From NCBI RefSeq assembly GCF_006345805.1, contig NC_042997.1, positions 74,524,001 to 74,588,000 on the forward strand: a stretch of 64,000 nt of DNA, given 5' to 3'. The translations under genes and the position numbers were made by a program. The notes under the pieces are model-generated. The model made no database searches and was not told where the DNA came from. It saw only the letters and a list, made by a program, of their open reading frames with translations. Source of the stretch: Octopus sinensis. Taxonomy: Eukaryota. Positions within the stretch are counted from its first letter, which is position 1. Each line of letters starts with the position of its first letter. This document shows positions 13,760-27,267 of this stretch, piece by piece.

Positions 13760-16752
13760 TGCAGCTGTGTTTGTCTACTACTTCACAACCAGTGTTGGTG
13801 TGATTACCTTCCTTCGTAAAAGAGAGTATACCTTTCTCTGGCAGGGGAAAGGCATAGATGAATTCAGAGAGTATGGTGTCAGCTTCGCAATGAAGAACTC
13901 TGCTGAAGTTGGTAGAACTCAGCAGCAATGGTTCAGAGTGGATACTCTCACTTCGACTGCACACTTCTGATGGGCCTGTCAATCTTATCAGTGTCTATGC
14001 TCCAACTCTCTATTTCTCACAAGATGCTAAAGATAAGTTCTACAATCAGCTCTCTAGGAAAATACAGGCGATCTCAAATGGAGGACAGCTGGTGCTATTT
14101 TGTGACTTCGACACCAAAGTGGGAGCCGATCATGACTCCTGGCCAGGGTGTCTGGGTCAGTATGGGGTTGTGGCAACATGAATAAAAATGGGCAATGGCT
14201 GCTTGAGCTCTGCATGCTCCATGGAATATGTGTCACAAATACCTACTTCCAGACCAAAGCTCAACAGGGGGTCACCTGAGATCACCTTCGCTCAGGGGAC
14301 TAGCAACCAGCTAGATTTTCACAAGATTATCACAAGATGTAACCACCTGAGGAATGTCCTCCTGACACAGTCTTTTCAGAGTGCTGACACAGACCTTTCC
14401 TTGGTTTGTTGCAATCTCAAACTCCAACCAAAAACGATGCTCAGTGCAAAGCCTCCAGGCAAGCAGCATATCAAGACACTGGAAGACACTCTCCTTGCAG
14501 AAGGCAATGTTCAGCAGAGATGGGACTCTCTCAGGGACATCATCTATAGCACTGCACTGAAGGCCTTTGAGAGGAGGAGGAAAATACACAAGACTGGTTT
14601 GAGGTGAGTGTGAAATAGCTCAATACCTCATGAAGGAGAAGCGTGCTGCCCTGCTGAAGCACAAACACCAACCCACCAGGGCAATGCTGTAAGCTTTGAG
14701 ATCAACAAGGAACATGTGAGATAGTGTGCAAATAACTACTGGTTATAACTTTGTGTAGATATGCAACTTTTGTTTGATATGGGCAACATTCATGGAATGT
14801 ATAAGGACATCAAGAGAGTCATTGGCCCAAGCCTGAGCAAGATAGCTCCACTCAAATCCAGAACAAAGGAAGTTATCAAGGGCAAAAGAGAGCAGCTGGA
14901 GAGATGAGTGGAATATTATTCTGAACTCTATGCCAAGGAAAACAACATCTCGAACTGTGTGCTAGATACCATAGAACACCTACCTGTCATGGAGGAACTG
15001 GAACTGCTGAAGAACTGAGCAGAGCTATCGATGGCTTGCATATTAAAAAAACACCAGGTTTGGATGGCATCCTACCAGAGATCTTCAGATGTGCAAGGAG
15101 AGTTCTACTTAGCCACATACTGAAACTACTGTGTCAATGCTGGGAGAAGGGATCAGTCTCAAAAGACATGAAAGACTACAACATTGTCACCCTATATAAA
15201 AACAAAGGGGACAAAAGTGACTATAATAATTATCAAGGCATCTTGCTGTTAAGCATTGTCAGGAAGGTCTTTGCCTGCATGGTCCTAAACAGACTGCAGA
15301 AAATCCCTGAAAGGGTGTACCCTGAATCTCAGAGTGGTTTCAGTTCAGAATGCTCCACCAATGACATGGTCTTCTCTCTTCAGGAGAAGTGCTGAGATTA
15401 AAGGTGACCATACTTTATCACCTTCATTGACCTCACAAAGACAGTATGTTCAAAATCCTTGCCAAGATTGGCTGTCCTCCAAGACTCCTCAAGTTTGTCC
15501 AGTCATTTCACACAGACACAAAGACATCATTCAATTTGATGGCTCTTCTTCGGAAGCATTCAACATACATAGCAGCATGAAGCAGGGCTGTGTGCTTGCT
15601 CCTACTCTGTTTGGCATCTTCTTTGCAGTCATGCAGAAACATGCATTTGGGACATCAACTGATGGTGTTTACCTTCACATCAGATCCGACAGAAAACTGT
15701 TTAGTCTGTTGAGGTTAAAAGCAAAATCTTGGGTGCACCAGGTACTCATCAGAGAAATGCTGTTTGTGGATGATGCAGCACTGACAGTGCACTCTGAGGA
15801 GTAAATGCAGCACCTCACAGACAAACTTTCAAAGGCTTGTCAGGAATTCAGCCTGACTATGAGTATGAAGAAGACCAAAGCACTGGGCCAAAGTGCCAAG
15901 CATCCCACCACCATCACCATCAACAACTACAAGCTGACTGGAGGTAGTCCATGAATTCACCTACCTTGGCTCTACCATTGCTAATGATCTCTCCCTGGAC
16001 CCTGAGATCAACAGATGAATCAGATAAGCATCCTCCACATTTACCAGGCACACAAAGAGAGTCTGTGAAAGCAAAAAAGTGGTTGCAAACACCAAGATTG
16101 CTGTCTATAAGGTGCATGTCCTTAGTACACTAATTTACAGCAGTGAGACATGAAACCTCCACTCTAGACAGGAGTGGCATCTCAACGTCTTCCACCTTAG
16201 TAATTTGAGATAAATCTTGGATATCAAGTGGACTGACTACATTACCATCACTGAAGTCCTCAACATACTCAAGATTCTCAATATACTCACTCTACTCCAG
16301 CAGTGTTGTCTGTACTGGCTCAGTCATGTACATTGCATGCTGGATGGGAGGATCCCAAAAGACTTCCTGCATGGGAGGTCTTTTGAGATCCACAAGAGCA
16401 TGAGGATGACCTCATCTTTGTTTTAAGGACATCTGTAAGAGGGATATGAAGTTGCATGATCTGGCCATCCTGAGATGGGAGGAGGTTGCAAATGATCACC
16501 CACACTGGAGACAAATACTGCAAAAGGGGATGAAGCGAGCAGAAGAAAAACAGGAACTCACCACCAAAGAAATACACACTCAACAAAAAACTAGCAGTGC
16601 CAGCAGAGAGCTCCTTCAAATGCAGTCACTGTATACTTCACTGCCACTCCCATGTGGGCCTGTATAACCACAAAAGTTGCTATACCACCATCAACAATTG
16701 ACACAATTTCTTTGGGTGCAGAGCCATGGCCTCTAGAGACTGCCAGATGTCG

Positions 16753-16809
<57 letters not shown>

Positions 16810-16820
16810 GCTACTACTAC
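13760..16820 (+). mobile_element. Second RTE family (BovB/RTE-1-like), degenerate, with (TAC)n tail
   Basis: VNLISVYAPTL, KTPGLDGILPEIF, MKQGCVLAPTLFGIFF, REMLFVDDAAL, WLSHVHCMLDGRIPKD; 3' tail (CTA)n at about 16753-16820. Confidence 0.85.
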
Positions 16821-17150
16821 TTATATATCAGGGGTGTGCTAGGTGTGTACTGCGCCCATTGAAAATGGCAAATTCATAAATATTAACCTTACTCATTAAT
16901 TTAATTCCAAATCATAATGGAAAACTTTTGTTATACCCCCTGTTTGAAATTTGGTGGCAGGTGCCCTGAAATAACACTGCACACCTCACAGCACATTGCA
17001 TCATAATATAGTACCAAGCATATCGTAGAATAATAGGAGAATGACAAAAAATTAATGGTGAAGGGTGTGTAACACCTTTGACAACATGGTCACATGTTCG
17101 TGGCAAGAATTTTCTTTGAAAAATTTTATCCTGTATTAGATGTAAATATA

Positions 17151-19910
17151 TCATCATCATCATCATCATCATCATCATCGTTTAGCGTCCACTTTCCATG
17201 CTAGCATGGGTTGGACGGTTCAACTGGGGTCTGGGAAGCCAGAAGGCTGCACCATGAGTGTAGTGGGTGCTTTTTATGTTCCACCGGCACAGGTGCCAGA
17301 CGAGGCTGGCAACGGCACGACCGGATGATGCTTTTTACATGCCACTGGCACGAGGCCAGTCGAGGCAGCGTTGGCAACGGCCACATTCAGATGGTTCTCT
17401 TACGTACCACCGGCACTGGTATCACAGCTGCAATTTCCATTGATGTTGATCGATTTCAATTTTGATTTTGGATTTTGGATTTTCACTTGCCTCAACAGGT
17501 CTTCACAAGTAGAGTTTTGTGTCCCTAGAAGGAAAGGTATGTATAAGTAGACTGGCTACACCCCATGTAGAGGCCATGAGTTATGGTCTCATTTGTCCTG
17601 CCAGGTCTTCTCACACACAGCATACTTCCAAAGGTCTCGGTCTCTAGTCATTTCCTCGGTGAGACCTAAAGTTCGAAGGTCGTGCTTCACCATCTCGTCC
17701 CAGGTTTTCCTGGGTCTGCCTCTTCCACAGGTTCCCTCAACCGCTAGGGTGTGGCACTTTTTCACACAACTATCTTCCTCCATTCTCGCCACATGACCAT
17801 ACCAGCACAAACGTCTCTCTTGCACACCACAACTGATGCTTCTTAGGTCCAACTTTTCTCTCAAGGTACTTACACTCTGTCGAGTATGAACACTGATATT
17901 ACACATCCATCAGTGCATACTGGCTTCATTTCTTGCGAACTTATGCATATCCTCAGCAGTCACGGCTCATGTTTCACTGCCATGTAGCATGGCTGTTCGT
18001 ACACATGCGTCATACAGTCTGCCTTTTACTCTGAGTGAGAGGCCTTTTGTCACCAGCAGAGGTAAGAGCTCTCTGAACTTTGCCCAAGCTATTCTTACTC
18101 TAGCAGTTACACTTTCAGCACACCCACCCCTGCTACTGACTTGGTCACCTAGGTAACAGAAGCTATCAAGTATTTCTAGTTTTTCTACCTGGAATGTGGC
18201 AGAAGTTGGTCTCAGAGCATTTTCAGTGTTTATTGTTCCTGAGCATCTGCCACATACAAAAACTATCTTCCTAGTTAGCCTTCCTTTGACATTGCTGCAC
18301 CTCTTATGTGTCCTAGCTTACACTGGGTGCATCTTATAGAGTTTCTACCTACGCTTTTCTACAGATTGAGCAGAGCCATCTACCTGAAGGCGTTTGTGAT
18401 TTGTCTACCTTCCTACTTATTAGGACTTTGGTTTTAGCTAGATTGACTCTAAGGCCCTTCGATTCTAATCTTTGTTTCCACACCTGAAACTTCTCCTCCA
18501 GTTCTGATAGTGACTCAGCAATTAGAGCAAGGTTATCAGCATAGGGGAGCTCCCAAGGGCATCCTGTCTTGAATTCCTCCGTTATTGCCTGGAGGACTAT
18601 GATAAATAGGAGGGGGCTGAGGACTGAGCCTTGGTGGACCCCTACCTCTACACGGAATTCTTCACTCTACTCGTTGCCAACCCTCACCTTACTAGCAGCG
18701 TCCCTGTACATGGCTCGCACAGCTCTAACTAACCATTCATGTATCCCTAGTTTCCTCATTGACCACCAGATAAGGGATCAGGGGACCCTGTCGAAGGCTT
18801 TCTTCATGTCAATGAATGCCATGCACAGGGGCTTATCCTAGACTAGGTATTTCTCCTGCAGCTGCCTTACCAGGAATATAGCATCAGTGGTAATTTTCCC
18901 TGGCACGAACCCAAACTGCATCTCATGTAAACTAACTCTCTCTCTAATTAGTTGGGCTATGACCCTCTCCGTAACCTTCATTACCTGATCCAACAGTTTG
19001 ATACCTTTGTAATTATTTGTATCTAGGGCGTCACCCTTACCTTTGTAGCAGTTGACTATTATGCTGCTACACCAGTCATTGGGTATGACTCCTTCGTGTA
19101 TCACCTGATTAACTATACGGGTGACTAGGCTATAGCCGACACTACCAGATATTTTGAGCATCTCTGCAGTGATTCCTGATGGGCCTGGGGCTTTCCCTGT
19201 CTTCATGCTTATAATTGCCTTAACTACCAAGGAACTGTCAACTCGGATAGTTGGTCCCTCTGTTGGGTCGACATTCGGCAGACTCTCTTTCTCCCATTCA
19301 TTTTCTTTATTCAGCAACTTTTCATTGTGTCGTCTCCAAACCTCTCTCTTTGCATCTTCATTTAGCGCAAGTGAACCATCATCCATGCGAACACATTTCT
19401 CTCCTACCACATCACGATTCTCTCTCACACACTGTCTGGCAACATGAAATATCTCAAGTCTTTGGTCCTCACGGTGCAGAACATTGGCAAATTTTTTCTT
19501 ATCTGCTTCCCGTCTGGCTAAATAGACCTGTCTCCTAGCTTCTCTTTTGGCAGTCTGATACATTTCCCTGCTACCACCATTCTTCCAGTCCTTCCAAGCC
19601 TGTCTCTTTTCTCTAATAGCCCTGTCTACAACATTGTTCCACCACCACCTTATTTTGGGTCGAGAGAGGACTTTGCACCAGCCACAGATCTGGTCAGTGG
19701 CTCTCAGCAGGTTGTTCCTTAGAAACCTCCAGTTGTCTTCTACCTCATGTGAAGCTCTATCCCCTTCTACTTCGTCAAAGGCTTCAAGTAATATGTCCCT
19801 AAATCTCTGTCCATTCGCAGGATCTTTAAGCTTCCAGATCCTTCTTCTACATGTTGGTCGTCTTCTGGTCATCCTCTTAGTCCTGATCCTAAAGTCACTA
19901 ACTCCCAGTC

Positions 19911-19912
<2 letters not shown>
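17151..19912 (-). mobile_element. RTE-clade LINE (same family as 12035-13570), 5'-truncated, with RT, 3'UTR and (GAT)n tail
   Basis: NNYKGIKLLDQVMK, QFGFVPGK, LCWYGHVARM, GRGRPRKTW; 3'UTR hairpin repeats; (CAT)n on the plus strand at 17151-17178. Confidence 0.9.
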
Positions 19913-19950
<38 letters not shown>

Positions 19951-19954
<4 letters not shown>

Positions 19955-20275
19955 AGATAAGGGCAGAAGAAAAATTCTAATGCCAGATACGCCAAAAACA
20001 AAAAATTGTCGATAACCATTAAATTTATGCGTCTCGAAACAAACCGATAGAAATCTCTAAAACATTCGTTATTACCGTATTGGTCCAATTTTCTTATCTG
20101 CTTCCCGTCTGGCTAAATAGACCTGTCTCCTAGCTTCTGTTTTGGCAGTCTGATACAATTCCCTGCTACCACCATTCTTCCAGTCCTTCCAAGCCTGTCT
20201 CTTTTCTCTAATAGCCCTGTCTACAACATTGTTCCACCACCACCATTAGAATTTTTCTTCTGCCCTTATCTTGTA
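19951..20275. repeat. Module bounded by perfect 31-32 bp inverted repeats, containing a roughly 156-bp copy of the neighbouring RTE
   Basis: tacaagataagggcagaagaaaaattctaat (19951-19981) is the reverse complement of 20245-20275; 20089-20244 duplicates 19494-19649. Confidence 0.85.
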
Positions 20276-20371
20276 AATTATGTATAAATTTTACCTTTAA
20301 AGGCATTTTTTGATATGCTGGCCATTGATAAAATTTTTTTCCTGAAAAAATTTTTATCCTATATCAATTAT

Positions 20372-20417
<46 letters not shown>

Positions 20418-20479
20418 ATAGTGTATAACTTATGATTGTTATCTTATCATATACTGTCCACTTTTGTTCTCTACACCAG

Positions 20480-22030
20480 CTGCCTATCACTTGAAACTTA
20501 TAAACTTATAAACTCAGATCTCTGAATCATATTTATATACTGAAATTTTGTTCCAACTTTTGAGAATACTAACAGTGTGGAAGCCATAGGAATGCAAAAA
20601 AACTAAAGTTGAACAAGTTGTTTAAGGATATTTCTTTAACAAATAAAAACAAATATATGAGTCTTATGATTCATAGCACAAATGAACTGATTCCCCATAC
20701 CAGGTGGAAGGTCTTCTTTGTTAACAATTCTTCTATAAATCCTGAAAACAGGAATCATCAAGCCTCCTTCAATGAATTTAGGTCTTGGAAAAACCCTTTC
20801 CTAGCAGCAATCTGGATAACTTCGAGAAGGATTTAATTAGTTTAATAAGGAATACAAAGTTTAAACCTAGGAACCATGTGCTCAACCCCTCACCTGACAA
20901 AAATTTACAACTTGATTAGAAAACATAAGAAGTACAATAGAATTCTTGTTCACACAGATAAAACTGGAAACCTATATAGTGTACCACTGGATACCAGAAA
21001 CTTAAGCTCAAACAGCTACAAAATGGTATCAGATCCTGTTCTAAAAGAAATTAACCAACAGATTTGTGATTTAGTTTTTAATCTCAGTCTGAAGGATGAC
21101 TGAAACATTTGAGCCCAGACCACCCCACATTAACCATAAAGATAATTTTGTTGCAAACCCTTCTCTTCACCTCGCTTACCCCTAAGTTAGAATAAGTAAA
21201 AGTCCTTCATTCTAAGATTCTGTTAAACCTCTGATCTAACAGAATGAAGGTTATGCAATGGTTTAAATTCTTATCCCATAAGAATAGATATAAATTCATT
21301 CAAGTTCATATAAACTATTATTATTGGTTTGAAATTTTGACACAAGGCCAGCAATTTTGGAGTATGGGGTAAGTTGATTACATCAACCCTAGTACTCAAC
21401 TGCTACTTATTTTATTGATTCCAAAAGGATGAAAGGCAAAGTCGACCTCAACAGAACTTTGAACTCAGAATGTAAAAACAAATGCAAGACCAGTATTATT
21501 CAAGCATTTCACCTATTCTGCTTAATAAAGCTCTAATTTTCACCCTTAAAAATCCCAACTTCACTAGAAAATATGTGGATATAATTCTTGCAGCCCACTG
21601 AACTGTTATTAAGTTTGATGTAAAACTATGGGCCCATAAAGATACTCCCAATTACTTTGACATCCTAATGGGGTCTAGTGACTTGGACCAGGTGATTGAC
21701 CTTATGGGATGTTGCATACTCCATTGTCTCCATGATCTCTTCCCCTGTATTTCCAATGGTCTACATAGAGATGACACTCTATTTGTGGTCCAGTGATGTA
21801 ATATGAGGGAAATCAAGAAATATATATAAAGCCTTAAAACTGCTGATTTCCTGGATGTCACATAAGATTTCCAAAATGACTCCTTCCATCCCTATCACAA
21901 ACTATGTGAGGACCTAAACCCCTCTGTTCTTAAATCTATCATAATCAGTGTTTCCAGTAGAATTTCCTCACTATCAGCCAATAAAGAAATATTCAATCAA
22001 TATACTGAACAGTGCACTAAATTGAGCTAG
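20480..22030 (+). mobile_element. Degenerate Penelope-like element (N-terminus and RT)
   Basis: LMIHSTNELIPHTRWKVFF; WAHKDTPNYFDILMGSSDLDQVIDLMG...GLHRDDTLFVV. Homologous to the PLE ORF at 44912-45676. Confidence 0.75.
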
Positions 22031-22229
22031 TTATAAGAACCCAATTAGGTACAGTAGCGGGAAATAAATATTCGTACATGTCAAAATTCTTTATTTATTT
22101 AATTTCTAATGAAAATAAATGGGATATACCAATACTATATTTGCATACACATGCATAAACTAAGAATATGCAAGAGAAACTAATAAATCATAGTAACTAA
22201 GGAATTTATATTCAATTACAAATATTTAG

Positions 22230-22500
22230 GGGTGAAAAAAATATTTGTTCAGAACATAGATAACTGATAATTCTGATTTAATACTTCATAGCATAACCAT
22301 TATTCATTTCCACTTCAACTAATCTCTTCTCAATGACTCGCATGTTTCTTTAGGAATTTTTTCTCCTTCTTCTTGACAAATTTTCTTTAAATCTGTAATG
22401 CATGTTGGGGTTTTTAAATGAATTTTAATTTTCAAATAACGCCACAAATTTTCAGTGGAGTACCTACTTGTATTTTGAAGTTTTTGGCTAACGAGGATGT
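22230..22500 (-). mobile_element. Tc1-family transposase C-terminal fragment
   Basis: STENLWRYLKIKIHLKTPTCITDLKKICQEEGEKIPKETC matches the Tc1 pattern PIENLW..LK...P.N..DL...C.EEW.KIP. Confidence 0.65.
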
Positions 22501-22574
22501 ATTTAAATAAAATCGAAATTACTATAACCATGCATTATTTGAGTCTGGATATAAAGACAGGATTTATGAAAGTA

Positions 22575-23355
22575 GTATGATCCGCTGGATATGTAATGTC
22601 AGTATGCACACACGACAGAGTGTAAGTACCCTGAGAGAAATGTTGGCCATAAGAAACATCAGATGTGGTGTGCAAGAGAGACGATTGCGCTGGTATGGTC
22701 ATGTGCTGCGTATGGATGCAGAGAGCTGTGTGAAGAAGTGTCACACCCTAACAATGGAAGGAACCTGTGGAAGAGGGAGACCCAAGAAGACATGGGATGA
22801 GGTGGTGAAGCATGACCTTTGAATGTTGGGACTCACAGAGGCAATGATGAAAGACTGAGACCTCTGGAGATATGCTGTGACTGAGAAGACCTGGCAAGTA
22901 AAGTGAGATCACAGCCGTAGCCAACACCAGTGTTGCATAACTAGCCCACTTAGAAAAGTACCTTTGGAGCATCAGGCAACATACTGTACTTGAGGAGACC
23001 TATTGAGTCAAGTAAATCAAAATCAAAATCAAATGGAAATTGTAGTTGTGGCCAATGCCAGTGCCGCCTGTCTGACTCCCATGCTGATGGCATGCAATAA
23101 GCCCCATTCATGCATGTGCCACCTGACTAGTTCCATTCATGCCAATGCTGCCTGACTGGCCCCTATGCCAGTGGCACGTAAAAAGCACCCACTGCACTCT
23201 AGGAATGGTTGGCTTTAGGAAAGGCATCCAGCTGTAGAAATATTGCCAGATCAGATTGGAGCCTGGTGCAGCCTCCTGGCTTTCCAGTCCCCAGTCAAAC
23301 CATCCAACCTATGCCTGCATGGAAAACAGATGTTAAATAATGATGATGATGATGA
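22575..23355 (+). mobile_element. RTE LINE 3' fragment with 3'UTR and (GAT)n tail
   Basis: MIRWICNVS...RLRWYGHVLRM...GRGRPKKTW; ends atgatgatgatg at about 23340-23356. Confidence 0.85.
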
Positions 23356-23617
23356 TATATTGTTTAACTTCTTGAAAATTATAGTATACTTACAAACAGA
23401 CACATTAACTTGTATGTAAAATGACATATACATAAATGAAGCTTGCTGTCCCCACATATGTAAATACATGCATATGCATTTATAAATACATACATATGCA
23501 TATATTGAAGGGAGCAGTGAAAGAGAGTAATTTTATTATATATCAGTAAAGTGATAAAAAAAATGACTAAAGAATATAAATTAAAATGAAATGTATGCTT
23601 AACAGAGATTCATTTAC

Positions 23618-23828
23618 CATCTTTCCATTCTCGTGTTGCTGGGTTGATGACACCAAAGAGTTCATCATTCGTTACTGCTTTTGGATCTAAATCTATGGCT
23701 ATTGGTTTTAACTGCTGATTGCGATTTGTCTGCAGCAGACTATTCCAGACTTTACTTTTGCCAGTCCCAGGTTTCCCAATAATAAATACAGAATGCCTGA
23801 CATCAAATAGTTCTTGAAGTTGAACCAC
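23618..23828 (-). CDS. DNAH9/11/17-like: Axonemal dynein heavy chain, exon D, AAA2 P-loop
   Basis: [32 protein letters not shown]...[25 protein letters not shown](G) with Walker [12 protein letters not shown] acceptor at 23831-23829, GTAAAT donor from 23617, ends in phase 1. The next exon was not found in 1-23617. Confidence 0.95.
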
Positions 23829-24289
23829 CTGCAATTGGATATTTTTCTTGTTTTAATTTAAAAGCAAAATCATAATAGTAAAACTATCATCAAATTAAAC
23901 CTTATTCCTCTCTTTAACATTGTATATCTGTTTTTTGGTGCACGCAGTTCTTTATACTGGCATCTCTTGTGTAGTCATAATTGTTTCAAAAACTACCAGT
24001 CTATCTGCCTCTTCACATAGTTAGTATAAAAACAGAAAAACATAGATTTCACATGTAGTTCATAATTTAATTGTATTCAACTGTTACATTCAGATTTAAA
24101 ACAATGTTAACCCAAATCATAGAGAACAGTAATCAGTAAACTGTTACTGATTTAATTACAAGACAGAAAGAAAAAACACTGAGAAGGAAAAAGAGAAGAG
24201 AAAACCCTAAATATATTGATAAAACACACACAGATACACATGCATATAAATTATATAAGTACATCTATTTAGCTATCTATATATATATA

Positions 24290-24960
24290 CATCATCATCA
24301 TCATCATCATTTAACATCTGCTTTCCATGTTGGCATGGATTGGACAGCTTGACATGGAGCTGGCTAGCAGGGAGCTATCCAGACTCCAGCTGTCTATTGA
24401 GGCATGGTTTCTATGGCTGGATGCCCTTTCTAATGCTGACCACTTAAAGTGTGTTGGGTGTCATTTATGTGCCACTGGCACAGGTGTGTTTATACAACAC
24501 CGGCTTGGGTGCATTAACACAGTACCAGCATGGGTGCCTTTTAAGTGGCACTGACACCTGAAAGGACAAGCTTGTACGTGTGGAAGACATTGATTTTACT
24601 TAGCTTGGTGTTTCTTATCAAGTACAGCAAATCACTATATTTCCACAGTGAGGCCCAGCATCTGAAGAGCCTTTCTCACCACTTTGTCTCATATCTTCCT
24701 GGGTTTACTCTTTCCAAAGGTACCCTCCACAATAAGAGATCAGTACTTCTTTATGCAGCTGTCCTCATCCGGACACATCACATGACCAAACCAGCACAAG
24801 CGTCTCTCTTGCACACATCTGATGCCACTTATACCCAGTTTTCCTCTTAAATAATTAACACTCTGTCATGCATACCAGTGAAGCATGCCAGCTTCATTTC
24901 TTTCAAGCCTTCACAAGTCCTCTGCAGTATAAGGCCTCCTTTCACTACCATGTAGGTGGC
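24290..24960 (-). mobile_element. RTE LINE 3' fragment
   Basis: (CAT)n followed by the reverse-complement 3'UTR and decayed C-terminal coding sequence of the same RTE family. Confidence 0.75.
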
Positions 24961-25228
24961 CTTAAACTGCAGTGTCTTCATATCTTACCAAGCTATTGTT
25001 GATTTGGATAGCTGATCGCTATCTTCATTTACATACAAGATCAAAAATAAGATCACATATGCAAAAAAGAAATGAACACACAATACAGAAGAAAAGTAAT
25101 TTTTGCATCTGTGATTTATTTTTGATCTATTATGTAAATAAAGATATTTCCTTCGTTTTGCTGCTTTTCTTTCTATGTAATGAGAAGATACACTGCGGAA
25201 CTGTTATCTTAATGAGTTGTGTCTATTT

Positions 25229-25309
25229 ATCACCTGATGAGACACATCTGCACTGCCAGATGCACCTGTGAAGGCTCAATGCCAGATGTATCAAAACAAC
25301 TGTTGTGAT
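25229..25309 (+). ncRNA. Degenerate hammerhead ribozyme motif (PLE pLTR type)
   Basis: Stem I ATCAC/GTGAT; CTGATGA (25234-25240); stem II GACACATCTG/CAGATGTATC; GAAA mutated to AAAA; C-AACT-GTT. Confidence 0.45.
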
Positions 25310-25789
25310 TAATAATAAATTTTCATATATTCCATCTTCTATCTTTTATTTATCATATATGTACATACACATGCATAATTAAGGATAAAATCTAATGATC
25401 TTATCAGTGGCCTTACTCTGGTATTATCTTGATCAAATACACACATGGTTGAGATGAATAATCAAATTTGCCTCATATATACATGTGGATATATGTATAT
25501 ATTTGTATATATATATATGAATGTATTTGTATGGGTATGTATATATATTTATATTCATGTACTTCTAGTATATTCTATTGATGAAGGTAAAGTAATTTGT
25601 ATTACTAAATCAGAAATTGGATGATCTAGAATTAATCTCAAAATTTTACTAAATCTCTGTTTTCATTTGCTCGCTTTCATCCTTGTACTAATGGAGTGTA
25701 ATTGAAGTGGTTTTTAGAGTTTTTTGATGTCTATATCTAGTTTGTAGGTACTGTTTCTCAGTACCCTTAATTTTAATTATATCTATAGT

Positions 25790-25960
<171 letters not shown>

Positions 25961-26659
25961 ATCAGTTGTTCTTAAATCTGAAAGAAGCACACTCTAAAAC
26001 AATTTTTCTGAGCAGTCATATTTTATGTAGTCATTGGTTGCACCCAGTCAGAAAGTCATCACTGGTTTCACATATATTAATGCCCATAGCAATATAAGCA
26101 ATCGAACAGATTTGCTGGTACATAACCTCTTTATCAAAGGGGTAAAAATACAGCCTTGGTCAGCTTGGTGGTGCAAAATTTTTTATAAGTGGAAACTCCA
26201 ATGTAGGCTTCCCTGCCTGCTGACTAGTGTATGGAAAATGTACATAAACCGATACTTTTGGGATGCAACTGGAGCTGTTGAAAGGGAGGTAACTCCATTT
26301 CTCTGAGAAAAGGTTAACATTGAAAATATTTCATTTCAGGTGTTTTTTCACCTATCAAGCTGCACAAGTCTGTATTTACACCTCCATTAGTAAAGAGATT
26401 GTGAAACCAATGCTGAGTGGTTGGTATTAGGAAGGGCATCCAGCTGTAATAATCCTATCAAAACAGTCACAGAAGTCAGGTGCAGGCTTTGGCTTGGCTG
26501 GCTCTTATACCATCCTATTCATGCTAGCATGGAACACAGACGTTAAATGATGATGATTATCAATACATATATATAAAAGAGAGATTCTGTCCATTGAGCA
26601 AAATATTCTCACTGGTTGTGATAAACATGACACCATCTTCGTTCCTTGCATACCACTTA

Positions 26660-26745
26660 TGCAGATTCCTATCCTACCGCTATGAGCATTAATAAAAGTC
26701 AGGGCCAATCACTAAAAGTTGTTGGATTGCAATTTGAAGAACACA
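26660..26745 (+). mobile_element. Helitron PIF1-type helicase C-terminal fragment
   Basis: AMSINKSQGQSLKVVGL matches the helicase motif AMTINKSQGQ. Confidence 0.6.
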
Positions 26746-27220
26746 GAAGTTTGTATATGAAATCCATCTTTTTTCTACTTCAATTATTACATATTTTCCT
26801 CTTATATAATACACACATACAGTACACTTAAACCTAAATCTGGCAGATAGGACACAGCATTTGCAATTTCATTGGACTTTTACTTACTGTTGCCTTGCCT
26901 TCCATTCCTGTAATATAGCATCGGAATTTCAACGCTAATATTGACAGGACACATCATTTATAATTTCATTTCACTATTACTTACTGATATTCCTAATAAA
27001 AAAAAAATGTCTGCAAAAGAAAGACCATCAAAAAACAAATGCCAAACAAATGCATGACGTGTGATGCTTTTGTTCCACTTGACCTGCAGCCTTTTCAGTG
27101 CCATTGCAGTCAACTGGATTCCGTAAAGCTATTCTTCCATATGATATACCCATTTTTCTAGCTTCTCGGCCTGAGAAACAGTAAAAGTAATTACCTGATC
27201 AACAATGGGTATCACTGCCA

Positions 27221-27267
<47 letters not shown>

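Noticed and set aside
18838-20088. 416-aa ORF as an intact protein
   Set aside because: Its N-terminus runs through the inverted-repeat module and a (TA)n tract before joining RTE sequence by chance, and it stops inside the RT.
1-23617. Next dynein exon (expected GLFS...WIESLNTVMDDNK)
   Set aside because: Searched by eye on the minus strand and not found; it presumably lies beyond the window start.
26034-26306. 90-aa non-repetitive ORF as a nested gene
   Set aside because: No recognisable motif, partner exons or convincing splice context.
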